The notes beneath the pieces were generated by a model. It saw only the letters and a program-made list of their open reading frames with translations. It had not been told where the DNA came from and ran no database searches. From an uncultured Planctomycetia bacterium (GTDB lineage Bacteria > Omnitrophota > Gorgyraeia > VGKH01 > JBHPFN01): 64,000 nucleotides of DNA. The stretch covers positions 49,512-113,511 of the forward strand of contig CAYOSQ010000004.1 of assembly GCA_964406665.1 (NCBI GenBank), given 5' to 3'. Shown piece by piece: positions 35,205-45,753 of this stretch (the first letter of the stretch is position 1; each line of letters opens with the position of its first letter). Position numbers and translations under genes: made by a program.

Positions 35205-36160
35205 AATTTTTCCTTTAAATATTCCAAGAAAATTTGCTCTTTGAGATTCTTATCCAATAAACCATAGATATCCAAAACAGAATCTATTACAGATGTTAAT
35301 TCTTTTGTTGAGAATTTATCTTTTAGTTCTTGTAAATCACGGACCCTATCTGCATGCACGATATTTTCTTGTGTCACCCCTGCTTTCAATAAAATTATAT
35401 CCCTTAACCAACTTATTATAATATTTAAATCTTCTTTAATATTATCTTTTTCCCGATAGCGTGAACTGAAAACTCCCTCCTTCATATTACCAGATAGAAA
35501 ACTATCAATTATATCATTCTTCTCATCCAAAATACTCTTATTTTCACTTTTTGCTATTGCCCTACCGATTCTCCCCTCAAAAAAGCTTGCCAAATAGCTA
35601 CCAGTCTTTGAGTCAACATTATAATCTTTCTGCAAAATACTATCCAACCTATGTGAATCAATCGTAGAAAACAATATCCTTTGACACCTAGAAGAGATTG
35701 TTTTAAAAACTAACTGCAAAGATACAGAGGTAAGAATAATGATGCTGCTACCTGGCGGCTCTTCAAGGGTTTTTAGTAAACAATTGGCTGCTTCCTCTGT
35801 TAAAAATTGCGCATCAGGAATAATAAATACTTTTCTTTTTGCCTCATAAGGCTTAAGATAAATCTCCTTTTCTAATCCACGTATATGAGCAATTTTAATG
35901 GAACTACTTTCATCAACACCTATCCAACGTACATCAGGATGTATATTATCCTCGATTTTTTTACAAGCAGCACACCTGCCACAAGCTTCCTGAGAATCGC
36001 TTTGACAATTAAGAAGTTTTGCAAAAAACTTTGCGGTTGATGATTTTCCTACGCCTTCAGGACCAAGAAATAGATACGCATGAGGAATCTTGCCACTTTT
36101 AACATAATTACGCAGCAAGTTAACTACCCTATCCTGTCCTTTTAACGAAGTCATATTCAT
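35192..36160 (-). CDS. holB: DNA polymerase III delta' subunit
   Basis: HAYLFLGPEGVGK, zinc Cys cluster, HPD, AANCLLKTLEEP, SRC. Confidence 0.93.
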   Translation of the reverse strand: MNMTSLKGQDRVVNLLRNYVKSGKIPHAYLFLGPEGVGKSSTAKFFAKLLNCQSDSQEACGRCAACKKIEDNIHPDVRWIGVDESSSIKIAHIRGLEKEIYLKPYEAKRKVFIIPDAQFLTEEAANCLLKTLEEPPGSSIIILTSVSLQLVFKTISSRCQRILFSTIDSHRLDSILQKDYNVDSKTGSYLASFFEGRIGRAIAKSENKSILDEKNDIIDSFLSGNMKEGVFSSRYREKDNIKEDLNIIISWLRDIILLKAGVTQENIVHADRVRDLQELKDKFSTKELTSVIDSVLDIYGLLDKNLKEQIFLEYLKEKLWKK

Positions 36161-36790
36161 CTACAATAACTTATCTATAAAATCTCTAATTATGGATTGA
36201 GTTATAAATCTATTATTCTTATCAACTCTGATGACTTTAATTCTTTTAGATTCTTTTTTAGCCAAATCGAGATACCCATTTCTAACCTTAAGATGATAAC
36301 GCAAAGATCTCAGCTCTATTCTATCTTTAACCCTTCCAGCTCTGCGCAATCCTTCTTTAGTTTCAATGTCTAATAAAAAAGTAATATCCGGATTTATTCC
36401 CTCTGTAACGAAGTTACCGATTTGCTTAATAGCTCTTATGTCTAATCCGTGACCATATCCTTGATAGACGACTGTGGCATCGAGAAATCTATCGCAGATT
36501 ACAATTTTACCCTTAGCTAATGCCGGTTTTATAATTTCATCAACCAGCTGTGCACGTGCTGACATGTAAAGCATAACTTCGCAAATATCCGAGATAGACT
36601 TATTTTTAGGATTTAATAAGATCTTTCTGACTTTCTCGCTAATATAAGTACTTCCCGGTTCACGTAATTCAACCACAGAGTAGCGCTTCTGCCTTAAATA
36701 ACTATGCAACATTTTTGCCTGGGTACTCTTACCAGAGCCTTCAGAACCTTCAAATGTTATGAACATACCTTTTATATTTTTCTTCGCCAC
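36161..36790 (-). CDS. tmk: Thymidylate kinase
   Basis: FEGSEGSGKST, REPG, CDRF, YQG. Confidence 0.96.
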   Translation of the reverse strand: MAKKNIKGMFITFEGSEGSGKSTQAKMLHSYLRQKRYSVVELREPGSTYISEKVRKILLNPKNKSISDICEVMLYMSARAQLVDEIIKPALAKGKIVICDRFLDATVVYQGYGHGLDIRAIKQIGNFVTEGINPDITFLLDIETKEGLRRAGRVKDRIELRSLRYHLKVRNGYLDLAKKESKRIKVIRVDKNNRFITQSIIRDFIDKLL

Positions 36791-38181
36791 GTAGTGCCGT
36801 CCTTTGCATCCTCTAAGATAATGCCTTTTTTATCGAGCTTTTCCCTAATTTCATCCGCTTCTTTGTATTTCTTTTCTTTTTTCAGAGCATTCCGAGCAGA
36901 AATATACCACTGAATCTTATCATCAGAAATCTCAGAAGACGCTTCTTTTATAAAAGTTAAGCCAAAAATATCAGCTATTTCTTTTATTATGCTCATAGCG
37001 TAACTCAATTTTAAGTCCTTGTATCGATCATTACCATCAAAAGTAATATGGCATTTGTTTACCATGTTATATAAAACAGCTAAAGCCTTAGGTGTATTAA
37101 AATCATCATCCATACACTTAATGAATTCGTCCCTAAATTGTCCAATCGCGCCAGTGTCACCATTAATCTTTTCACTCACATCTCTTGTCCCATATTTTCT
37201 ATCTAATTTTGTCATTAAAATATTGATCCGCTCATAAGCTTTTTTTGTTTCTTCCATCTTTTCTTTATTAAAATCAATTGGTTGAGAATAATGAGAGGAC
37301 AAGAAAAATAATTTTATAATGTTGGGGTCATACTTTTTAAGGACATCTTTAATTGTTACAAAATTTCCCAACGACTTTGCCATTTTTTGGCCGTTGATGG
37401 TAAGCAATCCGTGGTGTATCCAATATTTTACAAACGGCTTTCCTGTTTTTGCCTCAGACTGGGCAATTTCATTCTCATGATGAGGAAAGATGAGATCTCG
37501 CCCTCCTGCATGAATATCAAACGTATCCCCTAAATAACGCATGCTCATTGCAGAGCATTCAATATGCCATCCTGGCCTTCCTTTTCCCCAAGGGCTATCC
37601 CAAAAAGGTTCGTCTTCTTTTGAATTTTTCCAAAGAGCAAAATCTAAAGGGTTTTCTTTTTTCTCATTAGTCTCAATACGCGAACCGGCCTGTATCTGCT
37701 CTAAACTTTGATGAGAAAGCTTACCGTATTCTTTAAATTTTCTTACCCTAAAATACACATCGCCTTCTTTTTCATAGGCATAATCTTCTTTCAATAATTT
37801 CTTGATATGTTCTTTAATTTCTTCAATATGTTTTGTTGCTCTCGGCTCCTTATCCGCCTCCCCTATTCCCAACGCTTGAATATCTTCCTTATAGCTTTTG
37901 ATATACTTTTCTGCTACCTCGGCTGTGCTTTTGCCTTGTTCGCGTGCTTTATTAATAATTTTATCGTCTATATCAGTAACGTTGCGTATAAATTTGACTT
38001 TGAAACCTCGATAAGCAAGATATTTTTTGATGTAATCAAAAATAAATAAACTACGCGCATGACCAAGATGACAATGATCATACACGGTAACACCGCAAGA
38101 ATACATTCCTACCTTATCTTTTTTAATAGGTTTAAAATCTTCCTTCTTTTGAGTTAAGGAATTATGTATACGTATTGTCAT
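36772..38181 (-). CDS. cysS: Cysteinyl-tRNA synthetase
   Basis: CGVTVYDHCHLGH, GRPGWHIECS, DLIFPHHENE, KMAKS. Confidence 0.97.
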   Translation of the reverse strand: MTIRIHNSLTQKKEDFKPIKKDKVGMYSCGVTVYDHCHLGHARSLFIFDYIKKYLAYRGFKVKFIRNVTDIDDKIINKAREQGKSTAEVAEKYIKSYKEDIQALGIGEADKEPRATKHIEEIKEHIKKLLKEDYAYEKEGDVYFRVRKFKEYGKLSHQSLEQIQAGSRIETNEKKENPLDFALWKNSKEDEPFWDSPWGKGRPGWHIECSAMSMRYLGDTFDIHAGGRDLIFPHHENEIAQSEAKTGKPFVKYWIHHGLLTINGQKMAKSLGNFVTIKDVLKKYDPNIIKLFFLSSHYSQPIDFNKEKMEETKKAYERINILMTKLDRKYGTRDVSEKINGDTGAIGQFRDEFIKCMDDDFNTPKALAVLYNMVNKCHITFDGNDRYKDLKLSYAMSIIKEIADIFGLTFIKEASSEISDDKIQWYISARNALKKEKKYKEADEIREKLDKKGIILEDAKDGTTWRRKI

Positions 38182-38193
38182 CTGTGATTTTTA

Positions 38194-38871
38194 CTATTTC
38201 TTCTCAAGAGAGTTGACTTTTTTCTGCAATTCCTCGATTCGTTGCATAACAGGGTCTAGAATATGGGCGTGATCAAGAGTTACATCTATCTTTTTACCTT
38301 CTTGCTTAGTAATTCTACCCGGGACACCAACTACAGTTGAATTAGGAGGAACATCTTTTATCACAACAGCGTTTGCCCCTACATATGAATTATCTCCTAC
38401 TGTTATATTACCTAAAACTTTTGCACCTGTACCAATTACAACGTTGTTTCTGATGGTAGGGTGGCGCTTACCCTGCTCTTTTCCAGTTCCGCCTAAAGTA
38501 ACACCTTGAAACAAAGTTACATTATTTCCAATAATTGAAGTCTCACCAACTACTACCCCCATGCCATGATCTATAAACAAACCAGTGCCAATCTGTGCAC
38601 CCGGATGAATTTCTATTCCAGTAAAAAAACGACCTATTTGGCTAATCAACCTCGGGAAAAACGGTATTTTAAAGGATAAAAGTTTATGGGCTAACCTATA
38701 CAAAACAATTGCATGAAACCCTGAGTAAAGCAAAAGAATCTCAAAATCGTTTCGTGCGGCAGGGTCTCTATCCCTGGCAGCTTTTAATTCCCTACGGTAA
38801 AGTAACCAAACAATAACCATAATGAGAACTAAAGCAAATACTGTCATAAAGAATGAATACATGCAAATCAT
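38194..38871 (-). CDS. cysE: Serine O-acetyltransferase
   Basis: [29 protein letters not shown]; unusual hydrophobic N-terminus. Confidence 0.94.
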   Translation of the reverse strand: MICMYSFFMTVFALVLIMVIVWLLYRRELKAARDRDPAARNDFEILLLYSGFHAIVLYRLAHKLLSFKIPFFPRLISQIGRFFTGIEIHPGAQIGTGLFIDHGMGVVVGETSIIGNNVTLFQGVTLGGTGKEQGKRHPTIRNNVVIGTGAKVLGNITVGDNSYVGANAVVIKDVPPNSTVVGVPGRITKQEGKKIDVTLDHAHILDPVMQRIEELQKKVNSLEKK

Positions 38872-38895
38872 AATCTACCTCTTTTAATTAAATTA

Positions 38896-39375
38896 TTATT
38901 TTTTCTCTAACAAAGCAACTGCGTAAGCAGAAATTGCTTCCTGGTTTCCGATAAGCCCTAACATTTCCTGGGTCTTTGCTTTTACGTTTACGCGTTCCTT
39001 ATCTATTTGCAAGATTTCAGCTATAGATTTCTTTATCTCATCCTTAAAAGAATTTAACTTAGGACTCTGCGCAACTACTACCGTATCAATATTGCTAACC
39101 TCATAACCATTCTTTTTTATCAGGCCATCTACTTCTTTCATCAATATTGCACTTGAGATATCTTTATATTTTTTGTCGGTATCAGGAAAAAGTTCTCCGA
39201 TATCCTTTTCTCCTGCAGCACCTAAAAGTGCATCAGAAATAGCATGCAAGAGAACATCGGCGTCCGAATGACCCAAAAGTCCTTTTGTATGAGGTATCTC
39301 GAGACCGCCAATAATTAACTTTCTACCCTCAACAAGCTTATGTATATCGTAACCTATTCCAATTTTTAGATTCAT
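38896..39375 (-). CDS. ispF: 2-C-methyl-D-erythritol 2,4-cyclodiphosphate synthase
   Basis: [27 protein letters not shown]. Confidence 0.96.
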   Translation of the reverse strand: MNLKIGIGYDIHKLVEGRKLIIGGLEIPHTKGLLGHSDADVLLHAISDALLGAAGEKDIGELFPDTDKKYKDISSAILMKEVDGLIKKNGYEVSNIDTVVVAQSPKLNSFKDEIKKSIAEILQIDKERVNVKAKTQEMLGLIGNQEAISAYAVALLEKK

Positions 39376-39376
39376 T

Positions 39377-40057
39377 TTATCTCAAAAGTAATTTTGCAAA
39401 TAAAAGGTCTTCCGGTGTGGTAATCTTTATATTTCTATATGAATCTTTAACTATTCTTACCTTGTATCCTAATTTCTCAACCAATAACGAATCATCACTA
39501 GGTAATTTTGATTTCTTACTTAAGTTTTTATATGCACGCTCTATTATATCTTTTCTGAAAACCTGAGGAGTGTGTACCTCCCAAAGGAAAGATCTGTCCA
39601 AAGTCCTGACTATTTCTTTCTTTTCTAAATTTACTTTCTTTATTGTTGGCTTAACCGGCACAGCTAAAATAGCACTACCAAAACGTTTTGCCTCGTTGAT
39701 GACCTTAGAAACAAATTCTTTTTCAACGAGCGGACGCGCTCCATCATGAACAAGCACTAGATCAACGTTTTTATCAATTTGGCGTAAACCGTTTTTTACA
39801 GAAAAAGCTCTTTCAACTCCTCCGGCAACAACTTTACGAACCTTGCTTAACCTATGCTTATTTACAAGATTCTCTACTTTAGAAATATCACCTCTTTGAA
39901 CCACCACAACAATTTCTTTTATATCTTTTATTTTGGAAAGAGCTATAAGCGTATGTATAAGTATTGGTTTCTTCTCTAAAGATACCAACGCCTTGGATGA
40001 TTTTCTAACAAGGCGTTTACCTTGACCTGCTGCCGGAACAATTGCAACTACTCTCAT
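39377..40057 (-). CDS. ispD: 2-C-methyl-D-erythritol 4-phosphate cytidylyltransferase
   Basis: [28 protein letters not shown]. Confidence 0.95.
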   Translation of the reverse strand: MRVVAIVPAAGQGKRLVRKSSKALVSLEKKPILIHTLIALSKIKDIKEIVVVVQRGDISKVENLVNKHRLSKVRKVVAGGVERAFSVKNGLRQIDKNVDLVLVHDGARPLVEKEFVSKVINEAKRFGSAILAVPVKPTIKKVNLEKKEIVRTLDRSFLWEVHTPQVFRKDIIERAYKNLSKKSKLPSDDSLLVEKLGYKVRIVKDSYRNIKITTPEDLLFAKLLLR

Positions 40058-41037
40058 TTATGTTCTAATTTAGAAAATATCATTCTTCCAGCCTGAGTCT
40101 GCAAAACAGAAGTAACCAGAACCTTAACCTGTTGACCGAGAAGCCTACGAGCATCTTCAACAACAATCATAGTGCCATCATCTAAATAGGCTATAGCCTG
40201 ATTGTGTTCTTTGCCTTCTTTAAGAAGCCTTACTTCCATGCTTTCCCCTGGGAAAACTACAGGCTTTAAAGCATTAGCTAATTCATTTACATTTAAAATT
40301 TTTACTCCCTGCAAAGCTGCAATTCTATTTAGATTAAAATCGGTGGTAAACACTTTTGCCTCAAGCATCTTTGCTAGAATTATCAGCTTAGAATCAACGT
40401 CCCCAGAACCCGGAACATCTTCTTCGTGAATCCTTACTTCAATACCATCTTCTTTCTGAATACTTCTTAATAACTCTAAACCACGTCGACCACGCTGCCT
40501 TTTTATAGCATCGGAAGAATCAGCAACCTGCTGCAGTTCTTTTAAAACGAAACGAGGAACAACTATTTTAGATTCAAGAAATCTTGTTTTATAAATATCA
40601 ACTACTCTACCATCTATAATCGCGCTGGTATCCAGAAGCACAACTTCATCTTTCTGATCCTGTCTACGGAATCTTACATAAGGTATTATAATATTAAATT
40701 CATCCTTACCTCGTAAGGCCATAACCGCCCCTAAATAAGCAAATATTAACGTTAAAATTACCCTGCTTAAAGATAAAACAATCTGAGAAAGAGGCAATAT
40801 AGACAAAATATCACTAATAAGCTTCGCCATAATAATACCTAAAGCTAAACCAAAAACTAAACTTGATAACCCTCTTAAAGATACTCTTCTCAAGCAAACT
40901 TCTAATCCGATTAAAACAACACTTAAAACCAAACCTCCAGCTGCTCCCTGAAGCGGCAAGCTGTTCATATCGCCGACCTGAAAACCAACAACGATACTAA
41001 TAAACATAAAAAGAATACGAATAAGGTATAACGCCAT
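40054..41037 (-). CDS. PIN/TRAM domain membrane protein (YacL-like)
   Basis: N-terminal TMs, [40 protein letters not shown]. Confidence 0.93.
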   Translation of the reverse strand: MALYLIRILFMFISIVVGFQVGDMNSLPLQGAAGGLVLSVVLIGLEVCLRRVSLRGLSSLVFGLALGIIMAKLISDILSILPLSQIVLSLSRVILTLIFAYLGAVMALRGKDEFNIIIPYVRFRRQDQKDEVVLLDTSAIIDGRVVDIYKTRFLESKIVVPRFVLKELQQVADSSDAIKRQRGRRGLELLRSIQKEDGIEVRIHEEDVPGSGDVDSKLIILAKMLEAKVFTTDFNLNRIAALQGVKILNVNELANALKPVVFPGESMEVRLLKEGKEHNQAIAYLDDGTMIVVEDARRLLGQQVKVLVTSVLQTQAGRMIFSKLEHK

Positions 41038-41068
41038 AAAATATCACTCCCTTCAAAAATATAAAAAA

Positions 41069-42430
41069 TTATAAATATTCCAGGGCTTCTTTAACCCCGA
41101 TAACCGGCACAATTTCAATACCGGATCTTTTAATAAAATCTTTTGATTTTAAATTGTTTTTTGGCAAAATGCAACGTTTAAAACCAAGTTTCTCTGCCTC
41201 ATTAACCCTTATCATCGCCTGAGAAATACTGCGTACCTCAGCAGCCAATCCCACTTCACCTAAAACAGCTAAATCACCGGCAATTGCCTTATTTTTCATC
41301 GCAGACGCAATTGCTATAACAACTCCTAAATCAGCAGCGGGATCTTCAAGCGTAACTCCGCCGGCAACATTTACAAAAACATCTTTATCCCACAATTCCA
41401 AACCTAGTTTTTTCTCCAAAACGGCAACCAGTAAACTAAGCCGGTTAAAATCCATACCCTGAGCCCTACGTCTTGGTAAACCATAACTTGTCTTACTAAC
41501 CAAAGCCTGTACTTCAACTAATATCGGGCGAGTTCCCTCTAAGACAGGAATAACAACTGAGCCAGACACATGCTGTGGTCTCTCCGATAAAAAAACCTCT
41601 GAAGGATTCTTGACCTCAATCAACCCAGAGGAAGACATTTCAAATACACCGATTTCATTAGTTGAACCAAATCTATTTTTGGTAGTTCTAAGTATACGAT
41701 GAGTTAAATAGCGCTCACCTTCAAAATATAATACTGTATCAACTATATGCTCTAAAACCTTGGGTCCAGCGAATGACCCTTCTTTAGTTACATGACCGAT
41801 TATAAATAAAGAAATTCCGGAAGTCTTTGCCAGCTGAGTTAAAACTCCAGCACATTCTTTTACCTGACTAACGCTTCCCGGAGATGAAGTTAATTCAGGC
41901 CTATAAATTACCTGTATCGAGTCAATAATAACAAAATCGGGAGAAAGCTTCTTTATATATTCTACAATTACATCCAGATTTATTTCATTTACAATATAAA
42001 GATTATCGCTTTTTGCAGACTGTAGCCGATTAGCCCTTAGTTTTGTTTGCTTGACCGATTCTTCTCCGCTAACATATAAAACCTTATATCCACCGGCTGA
42101 TAATCTACAAGAAGTTTGTAGAGATAGCGTAGATTTTCCTATCCCTGGATCTCCTCCAACTAAAACCACAGAACCACGAACAATGCCATCTCCCAAAACA
42201 CGATCTAGCTCTTCTATCCCAATTTTAATGCGGGATTCTTCTTTTATGTCCACCTGAGATAACAAAACCGGAGGGGCAGAAGATGCTCTTACCTGTTCCC
42301 GAGAAGTTGTAGCTGTTGAATTAATTTCTTCGGAAAGAGAATTCCAGCTGTCACAATTAGTACACTTGCCTTGCCATTTGGGAGTTTGAGCTCCACAGCT
42401 CTGGCAGACAAAAATAGTTTTGGTTTTCAC
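41069..42430 (-). CDS. radA: DNA repair protein RadA/Sms
   Basis: CQSCG..WQGKC zinc finger, GGDPGIGKST, KNRFG, Lon-like C-terminal domain. Confidence 0.97.
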   Translation of the reverse strand: MKTKTIFVCQSCGAQTPKWQGKCTNCDSWNSLSEEINSTATTSREQVRASSAPPVLLSQVDIKEESRIKIGIEELDRVLGDGIVRGSVVLVGGDPGIGKSTLSLQTSCRLSAGGYKVLYVSGEESVKQTKLRANRLQSAKSDNLYIVNEINLDVIVEYIKKLSPDFVIIDSIQVIYRPELTSSPGSVSQVKECAGVLTQLAKTSGISLFIIGHVTKEGSFAGPKVLEHIVDTVLYFEGERYLTHRILRTTKNRFGSTNEIGVFEMSSSGLIEVKNPSEVFLSERPQHVSGSVVIPVLEGTRPILVEVQALVSKTSYGLPRRRAQGMDFNRLSLLVAVLEKKLGLELWDKDVFVNVAGGVTLEDPAADLGVVIAIASAMKNKAIAGDLAVLGEVGLAAEVRSISQAMIRVNEAEKLGFKRCILPKNNLKSKDFIKRSGIEIVPVIGVKEALEYL

Positions 42431-42436
42431 GTGTTT

Positions 42437-43117
42437 TTACTTTTTATGTATAAGCTTCCAAGGATTTTTCTTTAAATCGTCAGCTAATATTTCTAAATCT
42501 CTATAGATTGAATCATCATTTAAAAACATTCCCAAAGTACCCTTCCCTTCATCAATCTTACGCGTTATAGAGTTTAGATGCGCTAAGAATTCTTTTATAT
42601 CAGCTTGAGCTTGTTCATCGCCCATGACTTCATTGAACTCTTCTATACTGCTTTCTAATTTTGCAGCTATCTTTTTACCTAAATTAGTTAACTCCTGCGT
42701 TGCCATTGGATCTTCTCCTATAGCGATATCTCCTGGTTTAATAAATTCAGAATAATCTGATCCGGGAATAATTTCTATATACTTCTCACCTAAAAGTCCC
42801 AAGGTATTAACCCAAACCCTTGAATCCTTAGGGATTTTTAAACCGCTCTTAAGCCAAAGGGTTATTTCTACCTTTGTCTTTTGTTCATTGTGATCAAAAA
42901 ATATTACTGTATCCTTTACTGTTCCGGCATCAACACCGGCAATTCGAACAGGCGATGCAGCCTTAACTCCGTTAGCAAAACCGAATACTGCCTTCATCTC
43001 CCATCCGGGATTAAAAAAAGCCATATCACCAATTAAAAATACAAGTCCAAAAAGAAGGATAAAGCCAAAAAATACAAATACACCAACTTTCAATTCTAAT
43101 CTTTTTTCTTTAGCCAT
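42437..43117 (-). CDS. mlaD: MCE/MlaD family protein
   Basis: N-terminal TM, GVKAASPVRIAGV, GLLGEKYIEI. Confidence 0.88.
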   Translation of the reverse strand: MAKEKRLELKVGVFVFFGFILLFGLVFLIGDMAFFNPGWEMKAVFGFANGVKAASPVRIAGVDAGTVKDTVIFFDHNEQKTKVEITLWLKSGLKIPKDSRVWVNTLGLLGEKYIEIIPGSDYSEFIKPGDIAIGEDPMATQELTNLGKKIAAKLESSIEEFNEVMGDEQAQADIKEFLAHLNSITRKIDEGKGTLGMFLNDDSIYRDLEILADDLKKNPWKLIHKK

Positions 43118-43129
43118 GAGTAATACCTC

Positions 43130-43912
43130 CTAATCAACATTCATTAAATTACCAAAAACTAGGTTTTCTGCATCGGTAATCGGACCGTTTGCAGCTCCGG
43201 TAATAAACTGTCTTACTACCGGGTGAGTAGTATTTTGAATCTCAGCAGAATTTCCCTCCGCTATAACTCTTCCTCGATACAACATAGCGATTCTATCGGC
43301 GATTTTATATGCGCTGTTCATATCGTGAGTTACAACTATTGAAGTTACTTTTAATTTATCATGTAAATCTTTTATCAAATCATTTATTGCATCAGCAGCA
43401 ATGGGATCAAGCCCGGTAGTTGGTTCATCGTATAGAATAATTTTAGGACGCATACATACAGCTCGGGCTAAGGCAACACGTTTTTTCATGCCACCGCTTA
43501 TCTCTGAAGGCATTTTATCATTAATGTTTTTAAGTCCGACTAAAGCCAAGGATTCCTCAACTCTTTGCCTGATAATACTTCTATCGAGCTTGGAATATTC
43601 GTATAAAACGAAACCAACATTCTCTTCAACGGTTAAAGAATCAAAAAGTGCACCACCTTGAAAAACCATACCAATTTGCATGCGTACCTTATCCATCTCT
43701 TTTTCATCGAGCTCATTTACAATCTTATTTTCTACAGAAATTGTACCTGCATCCGGTTCTAATACGCCCACAATGTGTTTAAGCAAAACGCTTTTACCGC
43801 AACCAGACCTACCAATAATAACTTTGGTCTCCCCTTCATTAATCTCTAAGGAGCAATTATCCAAGACCCGAAACGAATGAAATGATTTGTATAATTTTTC
43901 TATCTTTATCAT
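43130..43912 (-). CDS. mlaF: MlaF-like ABC ATPase
   Basis: GRSGCGKS, FQGGALFDS, SGGMKKRVALARA, YDEPTTGLDP. Confidence 0.9.
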   Translation of the reverse strand: MIKIEKLYKSFHSFRVLDNCSLEINEGETKVIIGRSGCGKSVLLKHIVGVLEPDAGTISVENKIVNELDEKEMDKVRMQIGMVFQGGALFDSLTVEENVGFVLYEYSKLDRSIIRQRVEESLALVGLKNINDKMPSEISGGMKKRVALARAVCMRPKIILYDEPTTGLDPIAADAINDLIKDLHDKLKVTSIVVTHDMNSAYKIADRIAMLYRGRVIAEGNSAEIQNTTHPVVRQFITGAANGPITDAENLVFGNLMNVD

Positions 43913-44685
43913 GACTGAAATACAAAATAAAATAATGCCGTAAAGAAAGCATCACAAATAATAATTAAAATAAACGAAGAAACAACAGAAACTGTCGTTG
44001 CTTTTCCAACGCCCTCTGCTCCACCCTGTGTCTTTAAACCCTCATAACAACCAACCAGAGCTATTATCATACCGAAAAAGACAGTTTTAATAAGTCCCGT
44101 AGAAACATCTTTAACAAGCAAAGAGTCAAATGTCATACGCATATACATCCAAGGACCAATATTCAATTTGAATACACAAATGATGAAACCGCCGATTATC
44201 CCCAATACATCAGCATAAATAGTGAGTATGGGAAGCATTATTACCAGTGCCAGAAACCGAGGAACCACCAAATACTTTATCGGACTTGTGCGCAAAGTGC
44301 GCAGAGCATCTACCTGCTCTGTAACGGTCATTGAACCAATTTCAGCGGTTATCGCAGCCCCAATCCTTCCGGCGACAATTAAAGAAGTTAAAACAGGTGC
44401 TAATTCTCTGGTTATTGAAACGGCAACAACGTTTGCAATATACATCTCTGAAGATAGTTTTTTCATCTGGTATGCCATTTGCAAAGCCATGATCATACCG
44501 ATAAACAAACCAATCAAAGAAACTATGGGAAAACTTTCAATGCCAACTCTTTTGCATTGAACCATTATTCTATCTTTATTAAACGGTCGTGCCGGTATGA
44601 GAAGAATAGTATTAATGCATAAAAGAGACATCTTCCCTATGTGCTCAACGAAGTTTACGGCCTTATCTTTTATTGCATGAAGCAA
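43909..44685 (-). CDS. mlaE: MlaE-like ABC permease
   Basis: RELAPVLT, AGRIGAAITAEIGSM, EQVDAL, GAEGVGKATT. Confidence 0.92.
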   Translation of the reverse strand: MLHAIKDKAVNFVEHIGKMSLLCINTILLIPARPFNKDRIMVQCKRVGIESFPIVSLIGLFIGMIMALQMAYQMKKLSSEMYIANVVAVSITRELAPVLTSLIVAGRIGAAITAEIGSMTVTEQVDALRTLRTSPIKYLVVPRFLALVIMLPILTIYADVLGIIGGFIICVFKLNIGPWMYMRMTFDSLLVKDVSTGLIKTVFFGMIIALVGCYEGLKTQGGAEGVGKATTVSVVSSFILIIICDAFFTALFYFVFQS

Positions 44686-44697
44686 GCTTTCCTCCTT

Positions 44698-45753
44698 TTA
44701 AAACTTTAAAGTATGTTCCAAGCCTAAAATTTCTTCATCTCCTTTAAAGCGAAATTTTAGAGGCTGACTTGGAGACGGGCTAAGCTTAAGCTCTAGCTCC
44801 TCCCTATCTTCCATGTAATTTTTTTTGCGCTCAACAACCCATGTCTGCCCACCGAAAGAATCACTGTCTCCTTGATAAAATATTAAATTATGGCTTTCCG
44901 ATTCAAAGTCATTAATAGCTTCGAGGTCTATACTACCGTCTATCACATATGCAAATCCATTCTTCTCGACAATTCCGGAATCTACGATATGCATAAGAGG
45001 ATAAATTCCTGCAAAATTTATTATTGCCTTCTCAAAGTTTAACTCATCAAAATTTCCATCTTGAGCTCTTATGCGTCCCTTAATATAAAAACTTGGCGCT
45101 TTACCCTTAATATTAATCTCTCCGTCAACCAACCCGGTCATAATAAGATCTTTCTGGTAAAAGCCTAAAAAAGTTGCTAATTCATTAACATCCATATCGG
45201 TTATTACAACATCTAAATCCATTTCTTGAGGAGAAGCAAACTTTACAGTTCCATCTATTTCTATATCTCCCCAAACAAAATCTAAGATATCTATTCCAGA
45301 GTTATCCAACTTAAAGCTACCCTTCATTTCTTTTAAAGGTTTATAATTCAAAAGAGAATATTTTGCCTGTACCTTTCCTTCAATATGTGTCGGGCTTCCC
45401 TGTGAATCTCTGGCTATTTTTCCGTTCCCAACAAGCTCAGTAGAAAGATCATAATTAAGTATCTTAATATGATCCAATTCAGCATTAAGCTTGAAAGTAT
45501 CGTTAGATAAAAACTTAAATTTTACATTTAACGATTCTTGTTTATCAAAATCAAGCTGTAGTTGAAATATCTTATTTAAAAAATCAAAACTAGCATCAAG
45601 AACACAAACAACACCGGCATCAATATTGGTTAACGGAACGGGAGCTTGAACTCCCAAAAAACCGGCTGCGACATCTGCTTGTGCAAAAACATAAGAAACT
45701 GCACCTAACAAAAATACGATAAACAACAAAATTATAAATATTCTTTTACTCAT
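44698..45753 (-). CDS. Exported beta-rich hypothetical protein (possibly AsmA/TamB-like)
   Basis: Signal/anchor helix, then alternating beta-strand pattern ([13 protein letters not shown]...[10 protein letters not shown]); ends in TLKF. Confidence 0.55.
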   Translation of the reverse strand: MSKRIFIILLFIVFLLGAVSYVFAQADVAAGFLGVQAPVPLTNIDAGVVCVLDASFDFLNKIFQLQLDFDKQESLNVKFKFLSNDTFKLNAELDHIKILNYDLSTELVGNGKIARDSQGSPTHIEGKVQAKYSLLNYKPLKEMKGSFKLDNSGIDILDFVWGDIEIDGTVKFASPQEMDLDVVITDMDVNELATFLGFYQKDLIMTGLVDGEINIKGKAPSFYIKGRIRAQDGNFDELNFEKAIINFAGIYPLMHIVDSGIVEKNGFAYVIDGSIDLEAINDFESESHNLIFYQGDSDSFGGQTWVVERKKNYMEDREELELKLSPSPSQPLKFRFKGDEEILGLEHTLKF

